In this document: positions 1 through 12,023 of the stretch, piece after piece | Numbering within the stretch: position 1 is the first letter of the stretch | Layout: the number at the start of each line of letters is the position of its first letter | NCBI GenBank assembly: GCA_000826855.1 | Contig: JTLS01000060.1 | Coordinates: forward strand, 1 to 36,208 | DNA length: 36,208 nt | Direction of reading: 5' to 3' | From: Basidioascus undulatus | Taxonomy: Eukaryota | Program-made: the position numbers and the translations under genes | The notes under the pieces: model-generated | Databases searched by the model: none | Seen by the model: only the letters and a program-made list of their open reading frames with translations | Told to the model about the DNA's origin: nothing

Positions 1-669
1 CTTGTTCCCACATTAACGTAGTCCCTGCTCCAACCTTACTCGTCTCGTAATCAACCATTGCCCCCACAAGCCCCAGGTAGCCCCCGTTGCGGTCTGCTTC
101 GCTATAAAAACCCCCACGCACGTTCCCCCCGCTGTCCTCCCTTGGCCATTTCGCTGCTGATGCCTCTGCTTTCGGTAGCAGTCAAGCTCCTTACATTCGT
201 CTTCTCGACAGCACGTCGCGTGACCTGCACGCGGGCAGCGCGCATTCCGACAGGTCGAGAATGAAGGGCGGGAAAGGTTAGTCTCCTTTCCTCTCGCTCG
301 GCTGGTCGGCTGGCGGGGGGTGCATGGGCGCGCGCGGGTGGATGGGGATGGCGCATTGGTGGGTATGCGTTGGTGGGTATGCGTTCGGGAAACTAGACAG
401 ATCTCCCAGGCTCCCTGCGGCCAAACATGCGGATGACTGTTCTACCCTTCCCTTCTTTCTCAACGCTTCTCCCGTGCGCCGCGCTCCTTTGTTCTTCTCG
501 TTCTTCACCTTTCTACGCTGACCCAATTGTTGTCCAGCCATTGTCCCTCCGTCTTCCGAAGCGTGTGGGTATGCGCGCCTTCTGCGCACCCGGCCATGTG
601 CGATAGCGCCCTCCAGGCTGAAGGGATGGGAGCGGGCTTCATGGCTGGATTGAGGTGGAGTTTTGGTAA
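1..669 (+). other. Possible 3' end of a spliced gene or gene relic entering from the left edge (unknown product)
   Basis: Intron-like signals on + (donor-like gttagt at about 277; GCTGAC...TCCAG at about 517-537). A short LRR-like phrase NLTRLVINHCP at about 30-65. AT-rich terminator-like tract after TAA at 667-669. No continuous frame could be rebuilt. Confidence 0.2.
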
Positions 670-2856
670 TGTATTTAATAATTGATTCATGAATGAATTC
701 CTTTCCTTCTCCTCGTCTATGCAGCTGTGTGTCTTTCACGTCCTTTCCCTCTTTTTCTCCGATTCCTTCTTTCCCCCTCTGCCTTAATCTTATGTGGTAT
801 TTCCCGAATACGGCATCGGGACGAGCATCGGTCGTGCGCAGATGCTGAAGTTTGTGGAGAGCGTGGTGCCTGGTACGCAGTATAGTTTCCCTGAAGCCTA
901 CCTTACAACGCTCGTCTGTTAACCGTTACCTTGGTCCTGAGATCCTGAACGTTTCCTGTACGTTTGACACTTTTCAAGCTTCAAGCGGAGTTTGGGTGGC
1001 AACGCTGGTGTTTCAAATGATACCTCGACTACGCGATCGCCTGGACCGCTGATGCTTACCAAATTTACTGGTCTACTCATTTCAACCTGCCTCATGACAT
1101 CAGCGACCTTTGAAATTTGTATCACCTCGGACTAGCTGGTCTCGCTCCCCTTGTCGCTGTCGCCAAGGCGTTTGCGTAGGTCTCCCTTGAGTGCCGCTGC
1201 AGCGTTTGCGGTCAGCCGGTGAGGAATCCCGGCCCCGGAAGCTGTCAGGCGCATCTTCCTATCCGCATCTTCCTATCTTCATGCACGACCATTGGCATGT
1301 CGAGGACCTGCCGAACCCGCAGGATTTGACTGTCTCGCTCTGTGAGAAGTGCGTCCGTTCTTCATGTTCCTGAACAGGGTTGACGAGCTCCAGCTTTTTT
1401 CCAGCTGTAATGAAGTACTGGGTCTACTTCGACTATGATCAAAGCTGGCAAGTTGCCGCTCGATGCTGCCTCTCGACTTGACTCGTACTTGCGAGGTCAA
1501 AAAGTTCCTGCCGAGCTGCGAGCGCTTAACGACGAGTGGCGGTTGGCGAGGTGCGCGGGCTGTCCCCTTCTCCTTCTCTGTACAACTCCAGCCTAAATAC
1601 GTTCAATAATGGCCGAGGGTTGTGCCGGGTGCTGTCGGAGCAAGGCACCAGCCATCTTACCTGTGCGCCAAGACAGGCGATGTACATAGTAGCCTATAAT
1701 CAATCTTTTCATCTCACAGGGTTTCTCCTTTCTCAAACAGGTCCAATCGAAGAGCCTCAACCGCTTTCGGTGCGTGCTTCCTGAAGACCTGGAACGGCTT
1801 TGTCTCGACACTTTCACCGAGGAGCTTGCCCCCGCAACAGTCGGAATCGAGCATGGAAACTCCGCTTACAGGCTGTATGAAGGTGGTTTTGGTTTCTGAT
1901 ATCAATTCAGTACCTAAGTTTCCCCACTTACAGCGGTTAACGGTTTACAGGCTAGCCGTACATCCGCGGCTTCACCAACCTCACGACGAGCACCAACATA
2001 CAACTCGGCCACGCCGATCACCATCCCACCCGGTTCAGCCCCGGGCTGTTCAGGAACATGGGCCATCCTGCTTGAGCACTCTGGCCCGTTTGGCTCGGAA
2101 GCCCCTTCTCTCCGCTTCTTCCACATCTTCCTCCAGTCCAACACGAACGTTCGCTGGTGCAAGCGGGAGGTAGACCGCTTGGAGCAGGAATGGGGCGTCT
2201 CTGCGCCGTGCGCACGAGCTCGGCCTCGACCGGGAGGTCTGGCGCCACCTAAGTGTCAACATGTCTCCAGAATGGTGGGGAAAATTGCACTTCCTTCGGG
2301 TTCAAATTCCATTGCTTGCGTGGTCCCTCGCCGGTGAAGTACATCACCTTGCATGCTGCACACATCCAGGACTCGCTCATCGACAAGCGGCGGGTCACAG
2401 TGAAAATTGAGTAGACTTGTCCTGTTATAAAGTATGATATCTTCTGTTCGAGGTCATGTTTGTCCTCCCAAGTGAAGGTCATTCCCGGCGCTGAAAGGTG
2501 CTGGCCCCATACCGTCGGAGCACTCGAATACGGAACGGCGGTCTGCATCGTCAGGTCTATTATACTCCGTCGCATTTATAGGTTTATTGGGACTTTTAGA
2601 AAGTGTGAACCTCAACCACGTAGCGTGACGGGTCCCGCGCTGCTCACATTCCAGCTTCACAGCAAGTCGCCGTGCGTAGCCCTGATGCTAGCGTGGCAGA
2701 GCATGGTATCCCGGCGCAAAGGTATCTCGCAAACGAGGTCCTGATGAGTTTCTCAAAGCTGATTCTCGCAAGATAGAGTCTGGTGAGGTTTCCAAAAGCA
2801 AAACGCGAGAAACAAGTCTTCTTGATCCGCGACTCGGTAACTTGTTGCGGTTCTCC

Positions 2857-2957
2857 AGCTTCGCCAGCCCCACATTGCATATGCTCTCCGCACATTCAGT
2901 TCCCAAGCTTCGCCAGCCCCACATTGCATATGCTCTCCGCACATTCAGTTCCCAAGC
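2857..2957. repeat. Perfect 49-bp tandem duplication (2 copies plus 3 nt)
   Basis: AGCTTCGCCAGCCCCACATTGCATATGCTCTCCGCACATTCAGTTCCCA at 2857-2905 and 2906-2954, followed by AGC. Confidence 0.95.
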
Positions 2958-3757
2958 AAATAAGCTCACAGAATGAGTTATCATTGAAGAAGGAAAAATC
3001 TGTGATTCTTAGCTTGCAGTTTTGAGCGGACCGCGTATAGTACTGCAATCGCGGCGGTACAAGAGCGCGGTCGCGCTGATAATGATGCCCGCTTGAAGGG
3101 AAGGTCTACAAGGCCACTATTTAATATAGAAGCATTATCCGGCTGTACCCCAAAATACAAGTTCCTTCGGGCTAGGTCGGAGCGGTCGCATCGGGTGTTG
3201 TTGAGCCTGCAGATCAGCTCAAGGGGGTGCCTTGTTGGCCATAATACGACATCATGCAGTCCCTTCTTATGCGAGAACAGAGCCTTTTTCTGGGTCACCT
3301 AAATTTTTTTGCTTCATCCAAGCCGCGTTGCAAGGCGGCGAAGAAGGTTAACCCCAGGGCCTCCTAAGCTGTCCCATAGTCGACATCTCCTGTTCAAGAG
3401 GATTTCCTCGGAATTCATACTTTTTGTAATTTACTTGGGCTGGCATCAGTTGCGTTCTGCGATTTACCGTCGGGGGGTCAACTGCACTTACAACGACTGC
3501 AAATGACCGCCGAGCGACTCAAAGCGACTGCATCTGTTGGCATCTCAAGTTGTCTCTTAAGGCATCTGCTTCTGCCGCCAAATCCGCGGACGACTCGCGG
3601 TAGGCAGGCGCCCCCTGGCATCGCGTCGTGGACGCGACTTGCGTTTCGCATCCCCTCACAACCGGCATCCACCTCCCACCGTCTTCCTTCTTAACCCCCA
3701 TCACCTCCGCACCTTACTTAACCCTCCCCACAGCGCTCCTCTTGCTCCCCATCGGCG

Positions 3758-6700
3758 ATGAGCCACCCTCCGCTCTCCACGCTCGTCCGGCAACACCTCC
3801 TCCCCAATGGCGCGCCCTCCTCCGCACGAGAAGATGCTTTCATCGAAGACACAACTGAATTCGCGCAGTCCATCTTGGACACCCACTTGACGTTTTTTCC
3901 GGGCGGGGCGGGGGCTTTGGATGGGCGCGGGGAGGCGGGGCGGCTGAGGGAGGTGGGGGACCAGATCCGACAGCGGTGTGAGTCCCCCTTTCGCTGTGTT
4001 ATCCCCCGAGCGCAAGAAGAAGGCTGAATTGGGAATGGGTTAAAGTTCTCCGACAAGGGAACACCGCCGACGCCCTGCGCGTATCGAACCTCCTCGGCCG
4101 GCTCGAAGCGCAGCACCCGCGCGTCCTCTCCGACCCCGCAGCACACCTCCAGTTCCTCCTCAGCCTCGCCCTCTCCGCGCCCCCGCCTTCCGATACTCAC
4201 CCCAACGCCCCCACCTCCCGGCCTCCCACCCGCGCCGAACGACCACCCACGCGCGCGAGCGCCGCACACCCCCCACCCGCGCCGCCCCCGCCCCAGCGGG
4301 CGGAGGACACCCCTCCGGAGGGGCTGACGAAGGCGGAGGTGCTGAGGAGGTGGAGGGAGGGGAACGGTGCGTATCCCTGCTGGGGGAGAATGCCTGTGGA
4401 GAGGGAGAGCTTCGGATCCTGAAAGGTACACTACTTCCCAGACTCCACCCCCACCCCCGCCCCCGCCCTCCTCCGCGACGTGGTCTACATCCTTCAAGGC
4501 ATCGACGGCGCACATGTTCGCTTCTCCTCCAGCACTGACGCCGCCGAAGTGGGCATGCTCATATCTTTCGACTCCGTGCGTCCCGTTCCATTGCATCTTC
4601 CCGCACCCTAGCTTGATCGCCCTCCCCCACCCATACGCAGAATACCCGCATCCCCCGCCCCACATTCGACCTCATCGTCCGGCTCTCAGAGCTCGGATGG
4701 CTGTACAAGCGCGTCTCTGCGTTCCTGCGCCCGTCTCCGTCCACCGAACAGGGGCAGGGGCTCATCGCGCAGGTGCGTTCCCTCCTCCCCGCTGTCTCCA
4801 CCTCCTCCTCTCTCCCTCTTTCCCTCTTCCTCTTTTTCCCCTCGCCGGCCGATGAGAAGGTACTGAAACAAAAATGTGGATCGCGACAGTCCCTCTCGCA
4901 CCACATCCAAGCGCACCTAACCGACTACTACCGCCTCATCGCCGTGCTCGAGTCGCAGCTGTCGCGCCCGGGCGTGCGACCCGACGCTGCGCTCACGCTC
5001 GGCCGGCTCGGCGTGTGGACGGAGGAATGGAGGTTGCGGATGAGGATGATGAGCGCTATTGTTGAGGGCGCCGCAGGTGCGTCGTTGCTTCCGGGGTGTG
5101 GGGCTGGAGGTGTGGTGGGGAAGGGGGAAGCTGATGCGTTTTGGGAGGGCAGATGCGCACGGCGGCGCGCTCGTTAGTTTGATCCACGGATACACGGACA
5201 ACGGCGATCCCTTCATCCGCAAATTCACCGCCTCGCTGCTCGAAGAGGTCCGTCCCCTCGCCTCCCTCCCCTTGCCTCCTCCCCTTCTCACTCAACCCCC
5301 ACACCACCTGCCTCCCCGCTCAGGTGTCCAAGCCCTTCTTCCACTCCCTCCACACGTGGATTACCTCCGGCGAGCTCCTCGACCCCTTCGACGAGTTCTT
5401 CGTCGCCCTCAACCCCGACTTCTCGTCCTCCGCCCCCTCCTCCTCCCTCCCTGCTCCAAGCTCCTCTTCCATACCCAACGTTGCCGATGCACAGAACGGG
5501 GCGCCTGCGGGCGCGCAGGAGACGGGACGGATATGGGAGAACAAATATGTCGTGCGGGACGGTATGAGACCAAAATTTGTCGGGGAGGGGTTTGGGAGGA
5601 AGGTGCGTTCTGGGAAGGGGGGGAAAGAGAGAAAGGGAGGCTGATGAGGGTGGGGTGTGGACGGGACGGGTGGACGAGGGCAGATCTTCTCGACGGGGAA
5701 GAGCTTGAACTTTATCCGGTACTCGTGCAGGGACGAGGACTGGGTGTCGACGAGGAACAAGCTGTCCTCCGCCGATAAAGGTCCGTCCATCCCCGTCCTC
5801 CTCCCCTCCCATCCTTCCCCTCCTCTCTTTCGCTGAAGCCTCCCTTCCCTTCCCGTCCTCTTCCTTCCCGCTTCCCTGCCATCCGTCACCCCCGCTCCTT
5901 CCTCGCCCTTCCCCGCTCCTTCCTCGCCCTTCCCCGCCCGTCCACCGCCCCCCCCCACACAGTCCTCAAGTACTCGGACATCCCCTCGCTCGAGCGCTCG
6001 ATCGACGTGGCGTTCTCGATCGCGAGCCAGCGCCTGCTCGAGGTCCTGTTCGACAAGTTCCGGCTACTCGACCACCTCGCCGCCCTCAAGCGGTACCTCA
6101 TGCTTGGGGCGGGGGATTTTATCGATATATTGATGGAGTCGCTAGGGTGCGTTCCATACTCCTACAGAGAAGAAGGCAGAGGCGGAGATGGAGGGAAAGG
6201 AGGCAGAAACTGATACAGATGGACGCTTCCAGCCCCTCCCTGGCCCGACCCGCCAACACCCTCTACCGCCACAACCTAACCGCTACGCTCGAAGCGGCCG
6301 TGCGGGGGTCGAACGCGTCCTTCGACGACCCCTCGATCCTGCGGCGGCTGGACGCGCGCATGCTCGAGTACAGCCGCGGCGAGATTGGCTGGGACGTGTT
6401 CACGCTCGAGTACCGCGTCGACGCGCCGCTCGATGCCGTGCTCGACCCCGAGGCGATGCGCGGGTACAGGAAGGTGTTCAATTGGCTTTGGAGGTTGAAG
6501 AGGGTCGAGATGGAATTGGGCAGGGGGTGGAAGAGGGCGGTCGTCGGGAAGAGGACGTTCTTGAAAGTACCGGGTGGGTGGAGCGGTTTTGTTTCGGGCG
6601 GTTTTTTTTTTCTTCCTTTGCCATCCTCCCCTTTCCCACCTTTTCCTTCCCTTCCCCTTCCTCCCGTCCTTCTCCTCGTCCCATTCAATTCCTCCCGTGC

Positions 6701-7479
6701 TCCCGGTCAACGCCGAACTGACGCCAATGGCGGTGCTCTCCAGAACTCGACCACGACTGGCACCAAGCGCGCCTGGCGATGGCGGAGATGATCCACTTCG
6801 TGCGGCAGCTGCAGGCGTACGCGCAGCTCGAGGTGATCGAGTGCAGCTGGGCCGCGCTCCTCGAGTTTGCAAACAAGCGCGAGGGCGACCTGGACGCGCT
6901 CATCGCCGCCCACCGCGAATACCTCGACCGCATCGTGGGGAAGGTGCTGCTCCTGGGTGGGAAGGGCCGAGGGGTGCGTCCTTCGGATGAGATGAAGGGA
7001 AAGGGGGGAGGAGGAAGCGATGGCTGATGAAAGGTCGGGGGGGATAGGACGAGATGCTCCAGCGCATGCGGAAGCTGCTCAGAATCATCCTCGAGTTCCG
7101 CGCAGCAACGGTACGTCCTTTTCCCCGATCCCCAGGTTCTTGTCGCTCACGTCCCGTTTCCCTCGCACAGGACGACCTCTACGCCCTCACTCTCTCACTC
7201 TCCTCGACCCTCAACCCGCACCCGCCCTCGCGTTCCTCAACCCCCTCCACCACCCACCCCGACGCGCCGGCAGGGTCCGACGAGGCGCTGCACCGCGCGC
7301 GCACGCAGGTCGCGCGCTCCGCGGGAGAGTTCCAGGAGCTCGCGCTCCAAGTCGTGCTCGGCCTGCAAGCGCACCCGGATCTGGACGTTAGGTTTTTGGC
7401 CGTACGCTTGGGGTTCAACGCGTTCTATCGGAAGGGGGCCACGGCTGCGGGAGGGAGCGGGGGTGGAGGAGGGAAGTAG
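3758..7479 (+). CDS. SPC98: Gamma-tubulin complex component 3 (Spc98/Alp6/GCP3), multi-exon
   Basis: Spliced exons read LLRDVVYILQGIDG, SELGWLYKRV, QSLSHHIQAHLTDYYRLIAVLESQL, GGALVSLIHGYTDNGDPFIR, IFSTGKSLNFIRYSC, HLAALKRYLMLGAGDFIDILMESL, LARPANTLYRHNLTATLEAAVRGSNA, RRLDARMLEYSRGEIGWDVFTLEYRVDAPL, EMIHFVRQLQAYAQLEVIECSW and FLAVRLGFNAFY. These are GCP3 hallmark motifs. ATG 3758, TAG ending 7479. Confidence 0.95.
5890..5937. repeat. 21-bp tandem repeat (about 2.3 copies) in a polypyrimidine intron of GCP3
   Basis: CCCCGCTCCTTCCTCGCCCTT occurs twice in tandem. Confidence 0.8.
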
Positions 7480-7669
7480 GGGGATGCACACATGCTTTCG
7501 ACGTGACTGCGTTCGGGGGCTGCTGGCTAAGTCGGGATGGGCCACGTTGCTATCACCCTCAATATACACAGCGGGTTCTCCCGAGCGAGCACGCGCCGTG
7601 TCCTGAGGTACCCAGCTTTGAGAGTCTTCAAATTGTTTGTAAGTCAGGCGCCTGACACAAGTTGTGCCT

Positions 7670-8260
7670 TTATAGCCCTGCGCAACTCCTGCCCCGCAGC
7701 GACATCAGATGTTTGCGCCTGTACCCCGATTGAGTTGGAGACGCACTCTTCTCGTGCATGTCCTTGAAATCCTCCCTCGCGTCCTCAGACAATGCCTTCT
7801 CAGCCTCGGCGCGAGGAACGACCTCGTACAACAGCAGTTCGAAGCGGCGAGCGTCTCCACGTACGGGCCGGAGGCGGATGAGGAGCGCCTGCTTGAGGAA
7901 GTTGTCCAGGCTCTCGCGGAGTTTCAAAGCCCAGAAGATAGCCACGTGGAACGCGTTCGTGTGCTTCGCGCACCACCGGCGGAGAGCAATGTGGACTGGC
8001 GCCTCAATATCGTTGCGTTGGCACCAGGCCTTATGCTTCGGCCAGCTCGGCGCGCTGGCATTCGACAGAGAAGTACTGGGCTTTAAGTAAAGAGAAGGAA
8101 GTCAGAAATGCGAGGAAACTGTCCGTATTGTGAGGGACAAGGCCCAGCAAACGTTGAACTTGCGACCTCCCTCCCGAGCTGGCTTCAGGCAGTGCTCGCA
8201 GTGCGAGAGGGGTTTGAGTGATCCGAATTTGCCAGGGGTAGAGGTCGCAGCCCCGCTTTC
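7670..8260 (-). pseudogene. MYND-type zinc-finger protein pseudogene, copy A (boundaries approximate)
   Basis: Minus strand reads SHCEHCLKPAREGGRKFNVC, then an intron remnant, then KAQYFSVECQRAE, a +1 frameshift, and WPKHKAWCQRN. This is the MYND CxxC...YCSxECQxxxWxxHKxxC pattern with Cys replaced by Phe and a frameshift. Downstream reads KQALLIRLRPVRGDARRFELLLYEVVPR. Confidence 0.75.
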
Positions 8261-8899
8261 TGTGTAGTCGAGTGCTGTGGGAGACGGGAAGGCTGATCGT
8301 GGTGGGAAGACAAGGGCGACGGTGCCGACCGCGGCACAAACTGAGGAACGCCACACTGAGCATTGTTTCATTCGTCTCGTCAACTTGATTGGCACACCTG
8401 GGGTCCTGTGCCAGTTGGACCAAGCTTACCCTACGTACAGTTTCGCAATACCCACCAGCAGATTCATTTGTCTTTGGGATCTGGCATCGCAGCAGCGCCG
8501 CGCCGCCTAATTTAGTCAAACCACAATGCGAGCTGATACAAACAAATGTCTTATATACGCAAGCATGTGCGAGATTCAAGGCTTTAGGTGGGAACTACAG
8601 CAGCGACTTGTGCGCGTGAGGGGTGGGATGGGAGAAGGAAAGCAAGAAGGAGCATGCGCAGCCAAAACGACGGTTGAAATGTTCACAAGGAGGAATGGTG
8701 ATGTGGGGTGGGGGAAGGGTCAAGAGGATAAACAAGATGAAGCAGGCGGCAAGATCGTCAGCGTTCAAGAACGACGAGCCAAGAAGGACAGCGGGGGCGG
8801 CGAGGGTGGTTGGGACCTGCTAGTGACGGAACGAAGGGGACCTCCAATCTCAGTAAAATGGTTGGTGTGAGAACACAGTAAGACTGTCTCCAACCACCT

Positions 8900-9389
8900 T
8901 CAGTCCGCCCTCATGAGGTTCTGGGGGCGCCTGTGTCCCTCCTGTGCGCTCAGCTTCAAAGTGCACCTCTCGCTCCCCTGGAGACTGCAGCACAACGGAC
9001 CTGGTAATGATGCGACCGTATTCCGTCTCTACTTTGACTTTGAAAGTTCCCGTCCTGGGGAAGTACAGGATGTCCTGCTCCTCCGTGTTCAATGGGAGGA
9101 CGGGAAGGGGCGGACGAGCACAAGCACGACGGACCCTGACCGTGCCGATCGACTGGGCTTCCCCGACACGGTAGTAGACCCGGTGACCGCTGCGCCAACC
9201 CATCCCAATTAGAAACCTGATGCCCAATTATTGGGATGCAGAGGAGGAGTACATGAGGATCGCGTTCGGCCCGTAGCCGCCCTGGTCGCGCTCCCGCTTC
9301 AGCTGACATCAGGCAACCACAGCAGGCGCGAGACGCACGTCCTCGGTGGCGTGGCCTGCAATCGAGTAGTTTTCGTCCCGGCTAGACAT
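8900..9389 (-). CDS. Small (~79 aa) five-exon protein, SH3/Tudor-like (resembles the DUF2945/Hva1 type)
   Basis: ATG at 9389. Four GT-AG introns (donors gtgcgt, gtactc, gtccgt, gtccgt) with branch-like motifs splice to an open frame: MSSRDENYSIAGHATEDGGYGPNAILIGHRVYYRVGEAQSIGTVRDILYFPRTGTFKVKVETEYGRIITRRPQNLMRAD, stop TGA 8902-8900. An alternative first acceptor would add 7 aa. The family assignment comes from the beta-strand pattern only. Confidence 0.65.
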
Positions 9390-10949
9390 TGATGCAGTCG
9401 GCCGATGGAGGGTTTTAGGAGGATTGAAGTAGACTTTGTATGTCTGGGAACTAGACAGCCTCGAGGAAGTGGTGGTGGGCTCCTGAGAGAAGACTACGAA
9501 ACCGCCGAATTCGGCTTCTTATATATGTCACGGAGCTCCTCGGGTGCCATGCCCGTGTCGGCAAAGGAGCTTCGATGAGCAAATATTGTCCGCCGCTGCC
9601 GTTTCGCCATGGGAAGGCGTGGACGATCGCAGAGTGCAACGAACGTTTCGCGGCAGGCAGCCTCCCCTGTCGTACTCTTCGGTGTTTTGTCAGAAAAAAA
9701 CACAAGGGGGAAGTCCAATGCTGTGGGACCTGAAACTTGTCAGGAGAAAGGGAGGTTGGTGAGGCGTGAGTTCGAGGAGCACGAGTTGAAGTGACATGTT
9801 GACCGAGCGGGATCGTCGGGGGGCTGAAGACTTGGACGTTGCCGTCCGCGCGGCTGGACGCTTTGGCAAGCTTTGGCATACTCGAGCATGGAAGACCCAA
9901 AGAAATTCTCGCGTGCGAGATTGTTTTCTGTTCATTTACACGGGTCACAGGCCGCAGCACCGTGGTTATAAAGCAAGTCCTCTCATGAACTTGAGGGGCC
10001 AGCTAATAGTCACTCGGACTTGCGTGCAAGACTCTCTACATATATCAGCTCATATTCAGTCAGTTTATTGAGGTATGCTTATTAAGCCCATCTAAGGCGG
10101 CCTCTGGACGTTGCATAGGCATGCTCGACAGGCCTGCATGGCGGTCGCTCTGAGCTGGCTGGGCAGTTCTTTTTGAATATAGTGCCGGGTTTCATTGGAT
10201 TAAGGGAAATTTTCTGTGAGTTCTCGCAAATCATTTGTCAATTTGGACCACGGGTAACCCACAACGCCTTTCAAGCGCAATGACCAAACATCATTGAATC
10301 TGCTTGTGCTGTGCTCACCGGTATTAGATGTTTTCTGTCGGAAGGAGGAGGTGGTTGGAGTTGCTCTTAACAACTGATTGGTTGATTAGAAAAATTGATT
10401 TGAACACGGGGAAAAGGTTTTGACCAAGGGCGTGTTTAGAGCGGCAGCAACTGTGTCCACACACACATATTTTACGGGGTAGTTTCAATAACTCAGTAGA
10501 GTGCATCTCCTGCTTTTTCGAGAGAATGTCGCCTATTGATTTCCGTGAGAAAGCAATCTCAAACAAGGAAAAAGACAGTGGTCAAGGCTTATTGGTATGT
10601 GCAGCAGTTTGCAGAAATGCAGTGCGAGTGTTGACTCCGCAACGCCTTCTCGCAAACGATCGCTATACAGCGCTCTTACGCATTCTGTTACTTAAAAATA
10701 AGTATCTGCGAAGCCATGGCACATCTTCGTGGACGAGAGTCCAAATGACAATCAGCCGCCCTCTCAGTCGCACAGCCGACCTTCAGCTCTTCCACCATTG
10801 CCCGGCGGTTCACGACGCATGCTAGAAAGCCTCGTCCAAGCTTCCTCCACGGCAGCTAGCTGGAAGGGATATGGGGACGAGAATGTTGTAGACCGCGAGG
10901 ACGAGCAGCGCCGTGCCCTTCAAACCCTGCGCCACCCCTGACCATGGCC

Positions 10950-11540
10950 CCCGCCTCAGTCCCCGCTCTGTATCTCAAACAGTCTGAAGACGTACATTTC
11001 TGTCGAGAAGCTCCAAACTCTCCAAAAAGTCTGGTCCACATCGCCCAGTGTCTTCTCCTCCTCGTCCCGAGAAATGATCGCGTAAGAGGACGGCTCGAAG
11101 TGGCGGGCGCCTCCCTCCGCTGACAGGGTGCGAGGCGGATGAGGAGCGCCTGCTCGAAGCAGTTGTCGGGCTTTTCGTGGAGCTCGAGGAACAGGCACAC
11201 TACAAGGTGCAAATTGTCGAGGCGCTAGATAGCCCACTTGCGGAGCGCGTTCCAGAATGGCGCGAGCTCGGGGTCGGCGCGAGTGGCCGCGGTGCGCTTG
11301 CAGGTACCCTTGTGCGAAGGCCAGTCTGCGCGCTGGCATTCGACCGGGCAGTAGGAATTTGATAGTGAAAGGGAGTCTCAATGATCTCAGGACATTGTTC
11401 TGGGGTTTGGAGAAGGGGGAGGAAGCGCACCGAGCTTGCAGTGTCCGCACACGTTGAGCTTGAGACCATCCTCCGGCGCCGGTTTGAAGCACTTGTAGCG
11501 CCTTATGTGTGCTTTGTGCAAGCCGGTAGTACCAGGGCTG
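10950..11540 (-). pseudogene. MYND-type zinc-finger protein pseudogene, copy B (boundaries approximate)
   Basis: Minus strand reads RRYKCFKPAPEDGLKLNVCGHCKL, then an intron with donor gtgcgc and an acceptor reading CAA instead of CAG, then SYCPVECQRADWPSHKGTCKRTAA. The first Cys codon is CGC. Downstream EQALLIRLAP is frameshifted into AEGGARHFEPSSYAIISR. Paralogous to copy A. Confidence 0.8.
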
Positions 11541-12023
11541 GTGTGTGGAAGACATTTCGTGGATGCCTAAGAAGGGGTCGCGAAGAGCGGATGGTTGTGG
11601 TGGTGGTAGAAAGCGAAGAAGGGAGCTGCCACGCCGTACAAACGAGGAACGTTGGGCTGAGCTTGGTTCATCCGTGTCGTCAAATTGATGCCGGGTAGCT
11701 ACAAAGCGCTGGGAAAATCAGAAACTATAGAAATATAATTACAATAAAACAATCACAAAACACACAAAGAACCTCCTCGCCACATCGGTGACGTCAATGC
11801 ACCGCTGCCTCTCACCATTATTTCCTGTCCGCATTCGCATTGCGCCTCCAAAGTACTCGGACCAATTCTTTTTTATGATCGAAATCCTGTTCAACCGTCG
11901 CATCTGGCGCCAGCGTGCGGAGAGTTCGAGCACGAAAGTGGTCGGCTGCGAGCTATCCTCCATGCAAGGCCGTCGACAAACCGGCGAGGCAGTACTCCGC
12001 ATCTCTCATGAACGTCATGTATG

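Noticed and set aside
2857..2957. 49-bp repeat as a CRISPR array or LTR
   Set aside because: Two abutting copies with no spacer, a eukaryotic context, and no cas or retroelement genes.
3718..6872. Long minus-strand ORFs over GCP3 (e.g. 3718-4665, 5320-5958)
   Set aside because: Shadows of GC-rich exons and low-complexity introns, with Gly/Arg-rich translations.
8850..9227. 125-aa unspliced minus ORF and 99-aa plus ORF as standalone genes
   Set aside because: Better explained as read-through of exons and introns of the spliced ~79-aa gene, and its antisense shadow.
9450..10900. Short ORFs in the lower-GC stretch
   Set aside because: No recognisable motif or consistent splice pattern; left unassigned.
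7871..11344. Shared 23-nt and 17-nt blocks as LTRs or terminal repeats of a transposon
   Set aside because: They lie inside paralogous MYND coding remnants; no transposase, reverse transcriptase, TG..CA ends or target-site duplication seen.
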